Shown here in pieces: positions 41,979 through 61,817 of a stretch of DNA of 64,000 nt. Source of the stretch: Octopus sinensis (lineage: Eukaryota); the NCBI RefSeq assembly GCF_006345805.1, contig NC_043023.1:12524001-12588000 (forward strand). The letters are read 5' to 3'. The position numbers and the translations under genes are program-made. Under the pieces are notes generated by a model, which saw only the letters and a list, made by a program, of their open reading frames with translations, did not search any database and was not told where the DNA came from. Each line of letters opens with the position of its first letter. Position 1 is the stretch's first letter.

Positions 41979-43026
41979 GGATTCTCTATTGTTTCCTGTG
42001 ACAGAAAGCTGTTCTTTTGTGTACTGTACATTTTCAATGTGGGCGCACTCGCGCAAGCTAGTCGTAAGCAATCGATCCTACAATTTTTTTTTATTAAACT
42101 AAGTAAATAAATTATTTATAGATCCGCGCCCAGGTGGCAAAAATGGAAAAAAATATGTGTAACAGGTGTAAGGCATCGTATATTGAAGGAATATGACGAA
42201 AAAAAAAAGCTCGCTGACAAAGGAGGGGGTGGGGAGGAGGCTTGGAAAATTCACACGATCAACCGTACTAGATTGGCGCCCGGGTGGCAAAAATGGTAAA
42301 AAATGTGTAAAAGGTGTATATATATACATGTATATATATATATCACAGACACACACACTTACGTGCGCAAACACACATACACGTGCGCTCGAACACACAA
42401 GGCGCACGCACACACACACAGACACACACGCACACACACATGTTTCCATATCTGTGACTTGTGTTTGTCCCAAGTCAACGCTTCATTTTCGGTTTCCGCT
42501 GTTTACGTCATCGTAACTTAGCAATTCGACAAAAGGAGAAGGAAGGAATGAGTAGCAGTCTGAAGAGAGATAAGCCCAGCCGTCGATGAGTATGAGTAAA
42601 CACGCTGATGTGGTGCTCCAGCATGGCGGTCGTCCAAGAATCGAAACTAGCAAACTTCGGACGATAAAATCTACTTTGTAGGTAAATGGTGTCAAGGGAG
42701 AGAACTCTTATATATATAAACCACATATATTTAAGAGTAGTCTCCCTTAAGACGTTGAAGACAGATGATAGAGCAAACTCTAGTACCATATATTTGTGAG
42801 TATTCTCCCTTGACACCAATCGTTATGCCTGCGAAATGGTACAGGGGTTGAGAGACGGAGATGGAGACAGACAGACCGACAAGCAGTCGGACGGTCAAGT
42901 AAGTCGGTGAATGAAGGATAGAAACGTATTCTGTGTCATTCCATAAATAATGCGGGTTTTTTAAAAATTTATTTTTCAAAATTAAGATAGGCAGTGTTTT
43001 TTTTTTTTAATCTAAAATGTTCTACC

Positions 43027-43061
<35 letters not shown>

Positions 43062-43312
43062 ATATATTTATATATATATGTATATATATATATATATATA
43101 TATGCACTCACACATACACACGCATATATATATATTTCATTTCATTTCATCTAATTTCAGCTCATGAGCTGTGGCCATGCTGGGGCACCACCATTTAAAA
43201 CTTTGTCAACAACCAGCCATGGGACTTGAACCCAGATCCCTTGGAGATGTATATTTATATGTATGTATATATATTTATGCATACATTCATATATACATAC
43301 ATATATATATAT

Positions 43313-43945
43313 AGGAGTTGAGGGAACCTGTGGAAGATGTAGACCCAGGAAAACCTGGGACGAGGTGGTGAAGCACAACCTTTGAACTTTAGGTCTCACC
43401 AAGGAAATGACTAGAGACCGAGACCTATGGAAGTATGCTGTGCGTGAGAAGACCCGGCAAGACCCCTCAGAACAGTCAAAATCAAACCAAATCAACATCA
43501 GTGGAAATTGCAGCTGTGGTTAAGCAAACCATCCGATCGTTTGTCCGTTGCCAGCGTCGCCTGGCCCCGTGCCTTTCGCATGTAAAAGCACCATCCGCTC
43601 GTGTCCGTTGGCAGCCTCGCCAGGTCCCCGTGCCGGTAGCACGTAAAAGCACCATCCCTTCTTGTCCGTTGCCAACCTCAACTGGCCCTGTGCCGGTGGC
43701 ACATAAAAACACCATCCGTTCGTGGCTGTTTGCCAGCGCTGTCTGGCACCTGTGCAGGTCGCACGTAAAATGCACCCACTACACTCACGGAGTGGTTGGC
43801 GTTAGGAAGGGCATCCAGCCGTAGAAACACTGCCAAATCTGACTGGGCTGATAAAGCCTTCCGGCTTCACAGACCCAGTTAAACCGTCCAACCCATGCTA
43901 GCATGGAAAACGGACGCTAAATGATGATGATGATGATGATGATGA
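43313..43945 (+). mobile_element. RTE LINE 3' fragment including the ORF C-terminus
   Basis: Encodes VEGTCGRCRPRKTWDEVVKH...RDRDLWKYAVREKTRQD, similar to the C-terminal part of 45363-45824; (GAT)n tail. Confidence 0.88.
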
Positions 43946-44670
43946 TTCATCAATACATCAAACCCATCTTATAAAGGAAATCTGTGAAAAACAACAGCAA
44001 AATATTTCTTCTGGACGATGGAATTAACAGCAACAATTTGAAGTCTTTGCTGTCTGGAATATAGAGGAGATGATTGTTTTACAGGTTAAATAAGCTTGGA
44101 TAACTTTTCAAAGGGGTAGACAATTGTCACCTCTTCATTTAGACATTAAGCAAAATCACAGATGAAAGAAGCATAGCATTAAATTAATCTCTGAAAATAG
44201 CAACACAAATATATTCATAGAAATGAATTTTTTTCCTATTTCAGAATATCATACCATGTTGATTTAAAAGAAATTTCTTAATTCAGATGTGTGTCTGATA
44301 TTTTGATTGACTTTCATCAATTAAAGGAAGACCATATATTCATAAGACACATTCATCAAAACATCAGCTTCTTCATATAAATAAAATCTTCGCCGAACGA
44401 TGGGGAAATATTTCTTCTGGATGATGGAATTAAGAGCAACATTTTTTTTGCCATCTGGAATGTAGAGATGATGATGAACCTACAGGTTAAGTTTGAGTAA
44501 CTTTACAAAAGAGTTAACCAATTTATATCTTCTGTTTTAGATATTAAGCAAGATCACCAATGAAAGTAACATAACGTTTAATTATTCTCTGATGCATTTG
44601 AACACAAACATTCATAGAAATGAAACAGATACAATCATTGTGATATGTATAACGAAATTATTCTCTCATA

Positions 44671-48835
<4,165 letters not shown>

Positions 48836-48861
48836 TCGTATCAATATCAAAATTTGTTACA

Positions 48862-49381
48862 ACCCGGCAGGACAAGTGAGACCACAACCCATGGCCTCTA
48901 CCTGGGATGTAGCCAGTCCACTTATGCATACCTTTCCTTCTTGGGACACAAAACTCTACTTGTGAAGACTTGTTGAGGCAAGTGAGAATCAGAATCAAAA
49001 TCGAACACCCATCATTAGGAAATTGTAGCTGTGATACCATGCTGGTGGCATGTAAAAAGCACCATCCGATCGTGGCCATTGCCAGTCTCGCCTGGCCCCC
49101 GTGCGGCTGGCACGTAAAAAGCACCATCCGACCGTAGCTGTTTGCCACCCGTGTGGCACCTGTGTCCGGTGGCACGTACAAAGTAAACCATACACGGGTG
49201 GTGGTGGCGTTAGGAAGTGGCACACAGCAGCCGTCAGAAAATTGCCTGCAGATCCAGTGGCCAGGTGCAGCCTTGTGGTCCAGAACCCCGGGTCGAGAAC
49301 CCAACCCATCAGACTCCCAGCCTTGGCTTCAGACAGGAGAACCCATGCTAGCATGAAAGCGGACCTAAATGATGATGATGA
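48862..49381 (+). mobile_element. Truncated RTE LINE 3' end (ZNF 3'UTR, copy 6)
   Basis: Paralogous to 5988-6479. Confidence 0.8.
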
Positions 49382-49649
49382 CAAGAATTATGAATATTTT
49401 GTCTGCTAAAAGACAGGGTTTATTCCTCTTCAAGCTTGACATTATTAACATCAGTTTCTTGGATGTCAACATGAAATTCATGAATCACAACTTCAATATC
49501 ATTTATATATCTAAATACATCAACACAGAGATGACTTTGTTTCTGAAGAGGATTGTGCTGGATTTTTTTGAGGAATTTGTTATGAGAGAATAAAGGAATG
49601 GGAATAAGGAATAAAAGTTTTAAGTGACATTGATTTTGTCTTTGTTGTG

Positions 49650-50175
49650 TTTTCATCATTATCATCCTCATCCTTCTTCCTCTTGTTCTCCGCCTCATCC
49701 TCCTTCTTTTCTTTTTTCTTTCTCTTCTTCTCCTCCTCCTCCTTCTCCTCCTTCTCCGTCTTCTCTCTTCTCCTCCTTTTTCTTCTTTTTTTCTTCTTCT
49801 TCTTCTTCTCCTTCTTTCTTCTTTTCTTCTTCTCATGATTTTGTTCTTTGTTGTGTTTTCTTCCTCATTCATCATCCTCATCTTCTCTTCTTCTTTCTCC
49901 TCCTCATCCTCTTCTTTTTCTTTTTCATCTTCTTCTTCTTCTCCTTCTTCTCCTCCTCCTTCTTCTCCTTCTTCTTCTTTTCTTCTTCTTCAGTGTCCAT
50001 TCCTTTGCATGCCTGGGCTTGTGAAATTGTGACCTGAAGGCTGGCAAGCAGAGCAGAGTGCTGCTCCAGTTCCGCTCAGATTTTGCTTGACCTCTTCTTT
50101 TCTTTTTCATCTTCTTCTTCTTCTCCTTATTTCCTCTCCTTCTTCTCCTTCTTATTCTTTTCTTCTTCTTCAGTG
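49650..50175. repeat. Expanded (CTT/CCT)n polypyrimidine tract with local duplications
   Basis: Low-complexity run, much longer than the paralogue at 6750-6810. Confidence 0.8.
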
Positions 50176-51929
50176 TCCATTTCCTTTGCAGCCTGGGTGT
50201 GATGTGAAATTGTGACCTGAGCTGGCAAGCCAGAGTGCTGCTCCAGGTTCCGCTCAGATTTTGCTTGCTTTCTGGCGTATATGCCCTTAGGATGTCCATT
50301 GAGGTGACAAACATTCTGTGCCTTATGAATATGTCCCTCGTTTAAGAAACAGATTGGGGTTATTTACATTTGTGAAGAAAAAAAGATAGCCTTGCCCCCA
50401 CCCTTAAACCTAAAACAGATTGAAATGCAATAGATCGATACTAGGGTCATAATTATGGGTGAAAATTTCAACAAATCAATGACGTCTATTGAGGTGAAAA
50501 CATTCTGTGCCGTATGAATATGTCCCTCGTTTAAGAAACAGATTGGGTTTATTTACATTTGTGAAGGAAAAAGATACCCTCCTCCCCACCCCTAACCCTA
50601 AAACAGATTGAAATGCAATAGATCGATACTAGGGTCATAATTATGGGTGACAATTTCATATGACACTGCAAGAAAAAACTGCCGTAAAACCGAAAAGATC
50701 CGAATGTGTGAGTACACTTTATTGAAAGAATCTTGTAAAAATTTGAAAACTCTTGAAAGTGAAGTTCTTGACAGAAAGGGACAAAGAGGAAACTACAACG
50801 AATCCCGCCAGTCAGTAGAGCCACCTGTTGGAGAACTGAAGAAACAACCATATGCAGAGAAATAACTTCTGCAACACTTCAACCCCGGTTCAACATTTAA
50901 ATTATTAATTAAGGTGCTTAATTACTGATTCACTGGCTCGTTGCTTATTTGTGAATACGGTAAGTTGATAAAGATTAACTTTAAGGCTGTAAAGGTGATA
51001 ATACTACTACTACTACTAATAATAATAATAATAATGTGAATAATAGAATTCTGTGAACCTCTCGATGTTACAGTAATTACTTTTCGAAGCGGGAACCTGA
51101 CAACAATTAAGAAAATGTGTCGGTAGCACGTTAAAAGCACCAACTGATCGTGGCCGATGCCGGGCTCCCCTGGCACCTGTGCAGGGTGGCACATAATAAG
51201 CACCCAATACACTTCTGGAGTGGTTGGCGTTAGGAAGGGCATCCAGCGGTAGAACACTGCCAGATCATATGAAGACAACTTACAAATTAATTTTCTCAAG
51301 AAAGCCAAGAGAAAAATGTTTTATTTTGACACATCTACCAGTAAACGAAATTTTAAAGTGTTTAGTTAACTAGAAATTGTGTTAAAACTGCCGTTCAAAA
51401 GGAAAAGATCCCTCAACAACGCTATTGATGAACGAAATATTGTGAAGCATTTTGTCTGGCATGCTAGTGACCCTGCCAGTAAATAATGGGATTATGTGAA
51501 CCTTCAATGTTAAAGTAATCATATAGAAGTGAAAACGGATCTTTTCGGTTTGAACGGCAGTTTTTTCTAGGTGCCATATGAAATTGTCACCCATAATTAC
51601 GACCCTGGTATCAATCTATTGCATTTCAATCTGTTTTAGGGGAAGGGTATATTTTTTTTTCACAAACATAAATAAACCAAATCTGTTTCTTAAACGAGGG
51701 ACATATTCATACGGCACAGAATGTTTTTTACCTCAATAAACGTCAGTGATTGGTTGAAATTGCAGAAATTGAAGAAAAAAAACAAACAAATATCTTACAA
51801 ACCGTTGAATTTTCTCAATAAAGCCAAGAGAAACAGATGTTATAAACACATTCTACCAGTATACGAAGTTTAAAATGTTTAGTTACGTGGAAATTATTTT
51901 AAAAAACTGCGGTCAAACCGAAAAGATCC

Positions 51930-52337
51930 CAAAAGTATCCAAGCATTGTTCTTTGATGAGAGACAAGTGTGAAGGAGGAAGACTATGATTGGACAGGAGA
52001 GAAAATGACGTCAGAAACGGATCGGAAGTGCAACGGCCTGACGTCACATCAGGAAGATATAAGTCAAAGATGCCTTCTTCCTTCGGGGTCTGCGAAGGGG
52101 TCCAGTTCGTGCGCTGGAAACGGTCGTAGATTAGAATATGTGAGTGTATATATTCTATATTACCTGAAGGTAAAATCGTTGACAGAATGGACAAAGAAGA
52201 CACCGGAACGAAACGAACCAGTCATAGAAAATTGAAGAACTATAACCATATAAAGGGATATAACTTTCCTTAATTAATTAATTAAGGTGCTTAATTAAGG
52301 ATCGCTGACTCGTTGTTTGTATCTGAATACGGTAAGT
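51930..52337 (+). promoter_or_regulatory. Putative ZNF promoter and exon 1 (unit 7)
   Basis: TGACGTCA 52006 and 52039; donor GTAAGT 52332. Confidence 0.7.
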
Positions 52338-52503
52338 TGACAAAGATTTATTTTAAGGCTGTAATGATGATGATAATACCAATAATGATAAGGTACTACT
52401 AGCGAACAGTGGTCCCGGTGCGCGTATCCGCGCTTGCTAGTCGTAAGTAGTCGAATCTACAATTTTGAAAACTAAGTAAATACATTATTTTTGTAAACAA
52501 ACT

Positions 52504-53416
52504 GGCATAGTTTCGGTTGTAGTAGCACAGATTTCCGTCGATTTCCGTAAAAAAACTTTTATTTTTTTACATAAGTAATGAGAGCGAAAGGGACTAAGAG
52601 GAAGCGATTTTACGACGAGAAGGTTTCACTTTGAAGTCGGCCTGTGTGTGTTTGATGGGGTGTGGGAGACAGACAGTATGTTGTGTAAGTGAAGTGCTTC
52701 TGTTAGTGTGTGCGAAGAGACAGACATACATATACACATACACCGAGTAACATACATACATACATACACACACACACCTACATAGATAGGATACATACAC
52801 ACACACACATACATACATACATACACACACACATACTTACACACACACACACACATAGATACATACACACACACACATACATGCAGACATACATATACAC
52901 ATACACCGAGTAAAAAATTACACTGAATCGACCATACATACATACATACATACACATACACACATACATAGATACATAACATACACACACACACATACAT
53001 GCAGACATACATATACACATACACCGAGTAAAAAATTACGATGAATCGGCCATACATACATACATACATACACACACACATACTTACACACACACACATA
53101 CATAGATACATGCATAATATATACACATACATGCATACATACATTACATATACACGAGTAAAAAATCAGTTATTCTCTCTTTCACACATTACTCTCTCTG
53201 TCTCTTCGCACACACTAACAGAAGCACTTCACTTACACAACATACTGTCTGTCTCCAACACCCCATCAAACACACACAGGCCGATTTCAAAGAGAAACCT
53301 TCTCGTCATAAAATCGCTTCCTCTTAGTCTCTTTCGCTCTCATTATTTATGTAAAAAAATAATAGTTTTTTACGGAAATCGACGGAAATCTGTGCTACGA
53401 CATGCGAAACTTCGCC
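52504..53416. mobile_element. Foldback MITE, ~225-bp TIRs, (TACA/CA)n core, 8-bp TSD AACAAACT
   Basis: GGCATAGTTTCG.../...CGAAACTTCGCC; TSD 52496-52503 and 53417-53424; nested in MITE A and absent from other units. Confidence 0.92.
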
Positions 53417-55582
53417 AACAAACTAAGGTTAGGGTTAAAAAGTCGTTGTAGGATCGACTACATACGACTAGCTAGCGCGAGTGCGCGCACCGGGGCCACT
53501 GTTCGCTTGTAGTACCGCGCGCCTCTCCAAGATAATGACGCTTACTTGAGAGAAAAAGTTAGGAAATGGGAAATATATCCAGAATACATAAAGTATGGAG
53601 AAAATTAGAAAGATTGATCTATTTTTTAAATATTTTATGCTAAAATAAATACGGAGAATGGGCACTCGCGAATATAAACAAACATATAAGGGTACTATTT
53701 AAGAAGAGAGGTCCCGGTGGGCGCGCCTAGCTAGTCGTGACTAGTCGATCCTTACTTTGTATTTTTGTTTAAAAAAATTATTTTCTTTGTTTGAAAAAAT
53801 GAGCGTAACTTCGGTATAGGTACCGGAAGTACCAGATACATTTCAAGAAAGTGTCTTTTTTATACATATATGGGGGGGGGGGTTATGGTTAGGTTTGTGT
53901 TAGGGGTCGGAGAAAGGGGTTCTGTTATCTTCAGAAATGTAAACAAAGCCACTCACGGTATCTATACCGAAGGATCGCCAAAATTATTTATTTTGTGTTT
54001 TAATTACTTTGGTAGGTAGTCGTTGTAGGATCGACTAGTCACGACTCTTTTAAATAGTGCCGGAGAAAATTAGAACGATTAATCTATTTTTTAACTATTT
54101 ACACTAAAAAATAAAATACGCAGAACGGGCACTCGCGAATATAAACAAACATGTATGTACGTATACGTATGTATTTATGCATATATATGTATTATTATGT
54201 ATACATATATGTGGTGTGGTGTAAGGGTGAAAGAAATTGAATATTAATTAATAACATCAATTTCGTATGGATTTTGGCGTTTGGTCAGCAAATTATGTTT
54301 TTGATATACTCTACCGATGATTCGAAAATGATTGTAAGTAAAATTACGCAATCTATTAACGATGAAACAATTGTATAGAGTTAATCCATTTTCGTTATTT
54401 TTCATTTGTCCTGCCCCTTACATTCTTGGCGTGTTGAATTAATGCTTGAGAACAATTCTTTAGTGGTGGATTCCCTTTGCGGATCTATTTCTAGCGTTAG
54501 AGTGACCACATGTGGTCCTTATCTTTTACTTGTATGTATATGTTTGTGTGTGTGTATACAAATATATTTGTAGTGAATCTTGCACGCATGAAGTAGATTG
54601 GATCCACCATAGCAAAATTTTAATTAACCCTTTCTGACCCCTGCAAACATAGACATTAAATGGAGACAGTGTTGATGTTGTAAGATTTGCCAATGATTAA
54701 ATGGACGACAGTGTTGATGTTGTAAGATTTGCCAAGTGAATTACGGTTTGTTGTACTATGATTAATGATTCTGTTATCTCACTGCTGTCTTTTTTTTCTA
54801 TTTCAGAATATAACATCCTGTTGATATGGAAGAAATTACTTCATTCAGATGTGCCTCTGATTTTTATCAGCTCCCATCAACCAAAGGAAGGAGTATCATG
54901 TATAGGTCACATAGAGATTCATCACATACATCAAACTCATCTTATAAAGGAAATCTGTGAAAAACAACAGCAAAATCTGTCTGGAATATAGAGGAGATGA
55001 TTGTTTCCAGGTTAATTAAGCTTGGATGACTTTACAAAGGTGGTTGACAATTGTCACCTCTTGATTAGATATTAAGAAAAATCACAGATGAAAGAAGCAT
55101 AGCATTGAATTATTCTCTGAAAATAGCAGAAATAATTTTTTTCCTATTTCATAATATCATACCATGTTGATTCAAAGAAATTTCTTCATTCAGATATGTG
55201 TCTGATATTTTTATTGACTTTCATCATCAATTAAAGGAAGAACATATATCATAAGGCACATTCATCAATACATCAGCTTCTTTATATAAATAAAATCTTT
55301 TACGAACGATGGGGAAATATTTCTTCTGGATGATGGAATTAAGAGAGCAACTTTTTTTTTGTGCCATCTGGAATGTAGAGATGATGATGAACCCTACAGG
55401 TTAAGTTTGAGTAACTTACAAAAGAGTTAACCAATTTATATCTTCTGTTTTAGATATTAAAGCAAGATCACCAATGAAAGTACATAACATGTATTATTCT
55501 CTGATGCATTTGAACACAACCATTTCATAGAAATGAACAGTTACTATCATTGTGATATGTATAACGAAATTATTCTCTCATA

Positions 55583-56926
<1,344 letters not shown>

Positions 56927-56952
56927 TCGTATCAATATCAAAATTTATTACA

Positions 56953-57434
56953 ACCCGGCAGGACAATGAGACCACAACCCATGGCCTCTACCTGGGATGT
57001 AGCCATTCCACTTATGCATACCTTATCTTCTTGTGACACAAAACTCTACTTGTGAAGACCTTTGAGGCAAGTGAGAATCATAATCAAATCAAATCAACCA
57101 ACATCAATGGAAATTGCAGCTTTTGATACCATGCTGGTGGCATGTAAAAAAAGCACCATCCGATCGTGGTCCGTTGCCAGCTCGCCTGGCCCCCTGCGGC
57201 TGGCACGTAAAACCACCATCCGATTGTGGCGTTGCCAGCCCCGTCTGGCACCCTTAATGGTGGCATGTAAAAAGCACCCACTACACTCACGAGTGGTTGC
57301 GTTGAAGGGCATCCAGCTGCGTAGAAACATTGCCAGATCAGACTGGGCCAGGTGCAGCCTTGTGGCTTCCCAGACCCCGGTCGAACCATCCAACCATGCT
57401 AGCATGGAAAGCGGACGCTAAATGATGATGATGA
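56953..57434 (+). mobile_element. Truncated RTE LINE 3' end (ZNF 3'UTR, copy 7)
   Basis: Paralogous to 5988-6479. Confidence 0.8.
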
Positions 57435-59310
57435 CAAGAATTATGTAGAATATTTTGTCTGCTAAAAGACAGGGTTATTCCTCTTCAAGCTTTGACATTA
57501 TCAACTTCAGTTCTGGATGTCAACATGAAATTCATGAATCTCAACTACTTCAATATCATTATATATCTAAATATATCAACACAGAGATGACTTTGGTTTC
57601 TGAAGAGGATTGTGCTGGATTTTGAGGAATTTGTTTTGAAAGAATAAAGGAATGGGAATAAGGAATAAAAGTTTTAAGTGACATTGATTTGTCTTTGTTG
57701 TGTTTTCATCATCATCATCATCATCATCTTCTCTTCTTCTTCTTCAGTGTCCATTTTCTTTGTCAGGTTTGGGTGGGAAAGTGGTGTCCATTTTTCTTTT
57801 GCAGGTTTGGGTGGGGTGAAAGTGTGACCTGAGCTGGCAAGCCAGAGTGCTGCTCCAGGTTCCACTCAGATTTTGCTTGCTTTCTTAGGCTGTATCCCCT
57901 TAAAGACGTCCTCCATTGAGGTGGAAAACATTCTGTGCATATGAATATGTCCCTCGTTTAAAAACAGATTGGGTTTATTTACATTGTTGGAGAAAAAAGA
58001 TAGCCTTCCCCCCACCTAAACCTCTAAAACAGATTTAGATGTGCAATAGATCGATACTAGGGTCATAATTTATGGGTGGACATTTCATATGACACTGCAA
58101 GAAAAAACTGCCGTTCAAACCGAAAGATCCGAATGGGTGAGTACACTTTATTGAAAGAATCTTGTAAAAAATTTGAAAACCTTGAAGTGAAGTTCTTGAC
58201 AGAAAGGGACAAAGAGGAAACACAACGAATCCCACCAGTCAGTAGAGCCAACCTATGGAGAACTGAAGGAAGACAATCATATAAAGGGAAATAACTTCTA
58301 CTACACTTCAACCACGGTCCAAGTAGATTCTTAATGAAGGAGCTTAATTACTGCTTCACGTATCGTTGCTTATTTGTGAAATACGGTAAGTGATAAAGAT
58401 TTACTTATTTTTGAGGCTTAAAGTGTGATAATCTACTACAATAATAATAATGTAAATAATAGAATCTGTGAACCTCTCGATGTTACAGTAATTATTTTTT
58501 TCGATGGCGAGGGAGGGAACCTGACAACAATTAACGAAAAATTATTTGCTCGTCTAATTAATTAACTTCCAAACTGGAATGTGATCCGTTGTTTATGAAA
58601 ACCTATGATTGACTGTTCCATGTGATATAAGGTAATGACATCTAAAGTGAGTGTAAGTAGGCATAATTATTAGTAAAATGAGGGGGAAACCGATTGAAGC
58701 AACCACATTAATTAAAGTTGCCCTGTTGCTTAAGAGGCACTAAGTAATTGGTGAGTGATAATGACTTACTTTAAGGTTATATTAAGAATTAGTAACGATG
58801 ATGATGGTTTCAAATTTGGATGTGGGCCAGAATCTTTCATGTGAGCGGGAAGTTGAATACATAGAACCCAGTAGTCCTGAAAGGGTTGAAAGACAAAGTC
58901 GACTCGGCCGTATTTGAAGTCAGGAGTTTCTGCCGAGGACGGTCTTCGAGGGTCATTCGTTTCGGGGTCCGATGAATAATGATAATAATAATAATAAAAT
59001 GTTTCTACACTAGGCATAGCCCCGAATTTGGGGGGAAGCGGACAGTGGATTACTGGTACTTAATCCCGTCGATCCGCTGAAGCGGATTTTTAAAGGCAAA
59101 GTAACCTCTATGGATTCCTGCTTCGAGAGCAAAGTAGAAAGGATTTTCACTGTGGTTCGTCCGTTTTAAAAAAGGGAACGTTGTTTAGTCGAGAGAGTGT
59201 GTTTTGGAGAATTAATGGTCGATGGTAGCCACCCTACACTGTGTAGCAAAAGAAGATATAGACCGACCACGCCCTTGTCCTGATTATTTTAATGTTGTAT
59301 AGCTCAACAA

Positions 59311-59920
59311 GGATATTTTCCTTTTGATGGCCAGTTTTCAACACAATTTCTAGTTAACTAAACACTTTTAAACCTATAAGTAGAATTGTTAAAAATAATA
59401 AAATTTTCTTCTCTGGTTTCTTGCGAAATTGTAATTTGTAAGTTAACGTAGTTTATTTTTCGAATTTTTAACCAATGAATCACCCTCTATCTAGCAAAAT
59501 CATTTGCTGCGTCTAAACTGAGACAACATCCTATAGAATTATTTTTTTGTTAATTGTTTAAATATTTTCCATTGCTTCGTTTTAGCCTTTCGTTTTCTTT
59601 TTATAATTGTTATCCTTAATATAATTTAACATTAGAAAAAAAAACCGAAAGGCTAAAATTTAGGGTGGGGTAGGTTAGGTTAGTGACAGGATTGTGTCTC
59701 AGTTTTAGATGCAGCAAATGACTTCAGCTAAATAGAGGGCATCGGATTGGGTTAAATTCGATAACAAAAACTACTTTAAACTTTCAAATTACAATTTTCT
59801 CAAGAAAGCCAAGAGAAAAAAAAATGTTTATTTTGACACATTCTACCAGTATACGAAGTTTAAAAAGTGTTAGTTAACTAGAAATTGTGTTGAAAACTGC
59901 CGTTCAAAAGAAAATGATCC
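59311..59920. mobile_element. Foldback MITE, paralogue of 8324-8954
   Basis: Same arms and flanks. Confidence 0.8.
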
Positions 59921-60715
59921 CTCACAAAGCTATTGATGAACGAAATATTGTGAAGCATTTTGTCTGGCGTGCTAGTGACCCTGCTAGTAAATAATGGGAT
60001 TATGTGAACCCTTCAATGTTAAAGTAATCATATAGAAGTGAAAACGGATCTTTTCGGTTTGAATGGTTTTTTTTCTAGTGGGGCCATATGAAATTGTCAC
60101 CAATAATTATGACCCAAGTATCGATCTATTGCATTTCAATAATTTACGGTTTAGGGTTAGGTTTGGGGGGAGGGTATATTTTTTTCTTCACAATATAAAT
60201 AAAACCAATCTGTTTCTTAAAACAGGCACAGAATGTTTTTACTCATCATTAGACGTCAGGAATGGTGAAATTGCAGAAAAAAAACAACAATATCTTACAA
60301 ACTATGAATTTTGAATAAAGCAAGAGAAAAAATTTTATAAACACTTTCACCAGTATCGAAGTTTAAAGTGTTTAGTTACGTGGGAATTATTTTAAAAAAA
60401 ACTGCCATTCACACCGAAAAAAGATACTTTTTTTCTTCAGAAATGTAAATAAACACAATCTTTTTCTTAAAGAGGGACATATTCATACGAGACAGATGTT
60501 TTTTTCCCTACCTCACTAGACGTCATTGATTGGTTGAAATTGCACTAATTGAAGAAAAAACAAACAATATCTTACAAACCGTTGACGTGAATTTTCTAAA
60601 TAAAGCCAAGAGAAAAAGTTTTATAAACACATTCTTCTACCAGTATACGAAGTTTAAAAGTGTTTAGTTACGAGAAATTATTTTCAAAAACTGCCGGTCA
60701 AACCGAAAAGATCCC

Positions 60716-61117
60716 CAAAAGGTATCCAAGCATTGTTCTTTATGAGAGAGAAGTGTGAAGGAAGGACAATGATTGGACAGGAGAGAAAATGACGTCAGAA
60801 ACGGATCGGAAGTGCAAGGCCTGACGTCACATCAGGAGAGATATAAGTCAAAGATGCCTTCTTTCTTTCGGTGTCTGCGACGGTCCAGTTCGTGCGCTGG
60901 AAACGGTCGTAGATTAGAATATGTGAGTGTATATATTCTATAAACCTTCAAGGTAAAATCGTTGACAGAATGGGACAAAGAAGACACCGGAACGAACGAA
61001 CCAGTCATAGAAAATGAAGAACTTAAACCATATAAAGGATATAACTTTCCTTAATTGATTAATTAAGGTGCTTAATTAACGATCACTGACTCGTTGTTGT
61101 ATCTGAATACGGTAAGT
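60716..61117 (+). promoter_or_regulatory. Putative ZNF promoter and exon 1 (unit 8)
   Basis: TGACGTCA 60790 and 60822; donor GTAAGT 61112. Confidence 0.7.
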
Positions 61118-61556
61118 TGACAAAGATTTATTTAAGGCTGTAATGATGATGATAATACCAATAATATAAGGTACTACAAGCGAACAGTGGTCCCGGTGCG
61201 AGCACTCGCGTATCCGCGCTTGACTAGTCGTAAGTAGTCGATCCTACAATTTTTAAAACTAAGTAAATACGTTATTTTTGTAAACAAACTAGGTTAGGGT
61301 AAAAAGTCGTAGGATCGACTACATACGACTAGCTTGCACGGATGCGCGCCGCACCTGGACCACTGTTCGCTAGTAGTACCGCGCACCTCTCCAAGATAAT
61401 GACGCTTACTTGTGAGAAAAAGTTAGGAAATGGGAAAATATCCAGAATACATAAAGTATGGAGAAAATTAGAAAGATTAATCTATTTTTTAAATATTTTA
61501 TACTAAAAAATAAAATACGGAGAACGCACTCGCGAATATAAACAAACATACAAGGG

Positions 61557-61817
61557 TGTAAGAGTTAGCAGTTCTTCTTAAGCTGGATTCGAAATCGAAT
61601 CCAAGAATCTCGGTCGTCAAATACCAATGCATGTATCGGCGCGAATTAGAATCCCTTTGTTCTGACAAAAAATGATTGATCATCTCCCTTTGACCTCCGA
61701 CCTGAGCAATGTCAGGACAAAGGGATTCTTAATTCGCGCCTATACATGCATTGGTATTTGACGACCGAAGATTCTTGGACTCGATTCGAATCCAAGCTTA
61801 GGGAGAATGCTATCTCC
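61557..61817. mobile_element. Second copy of the Ginger-like palindromic MITE
   Basis: AGGG|TGTAAGAGTTAGCAG left end; same insertion site as 38089-38359. Confidence 0.7.

Noticed and set aside
42688-42817. Short inverted repeat GGTGTCAAGGGAGA / TCTCCCTTGACACC
   Set aside because: Single degenerate copy with no TSD; cannot be classified
49420-53451. Long Arg/Ser/Phe-rich and Val-Cys/His-Thr ORFs
   Set aside because: Translations of (CTT)n and (CA/TACA)n microsatellites
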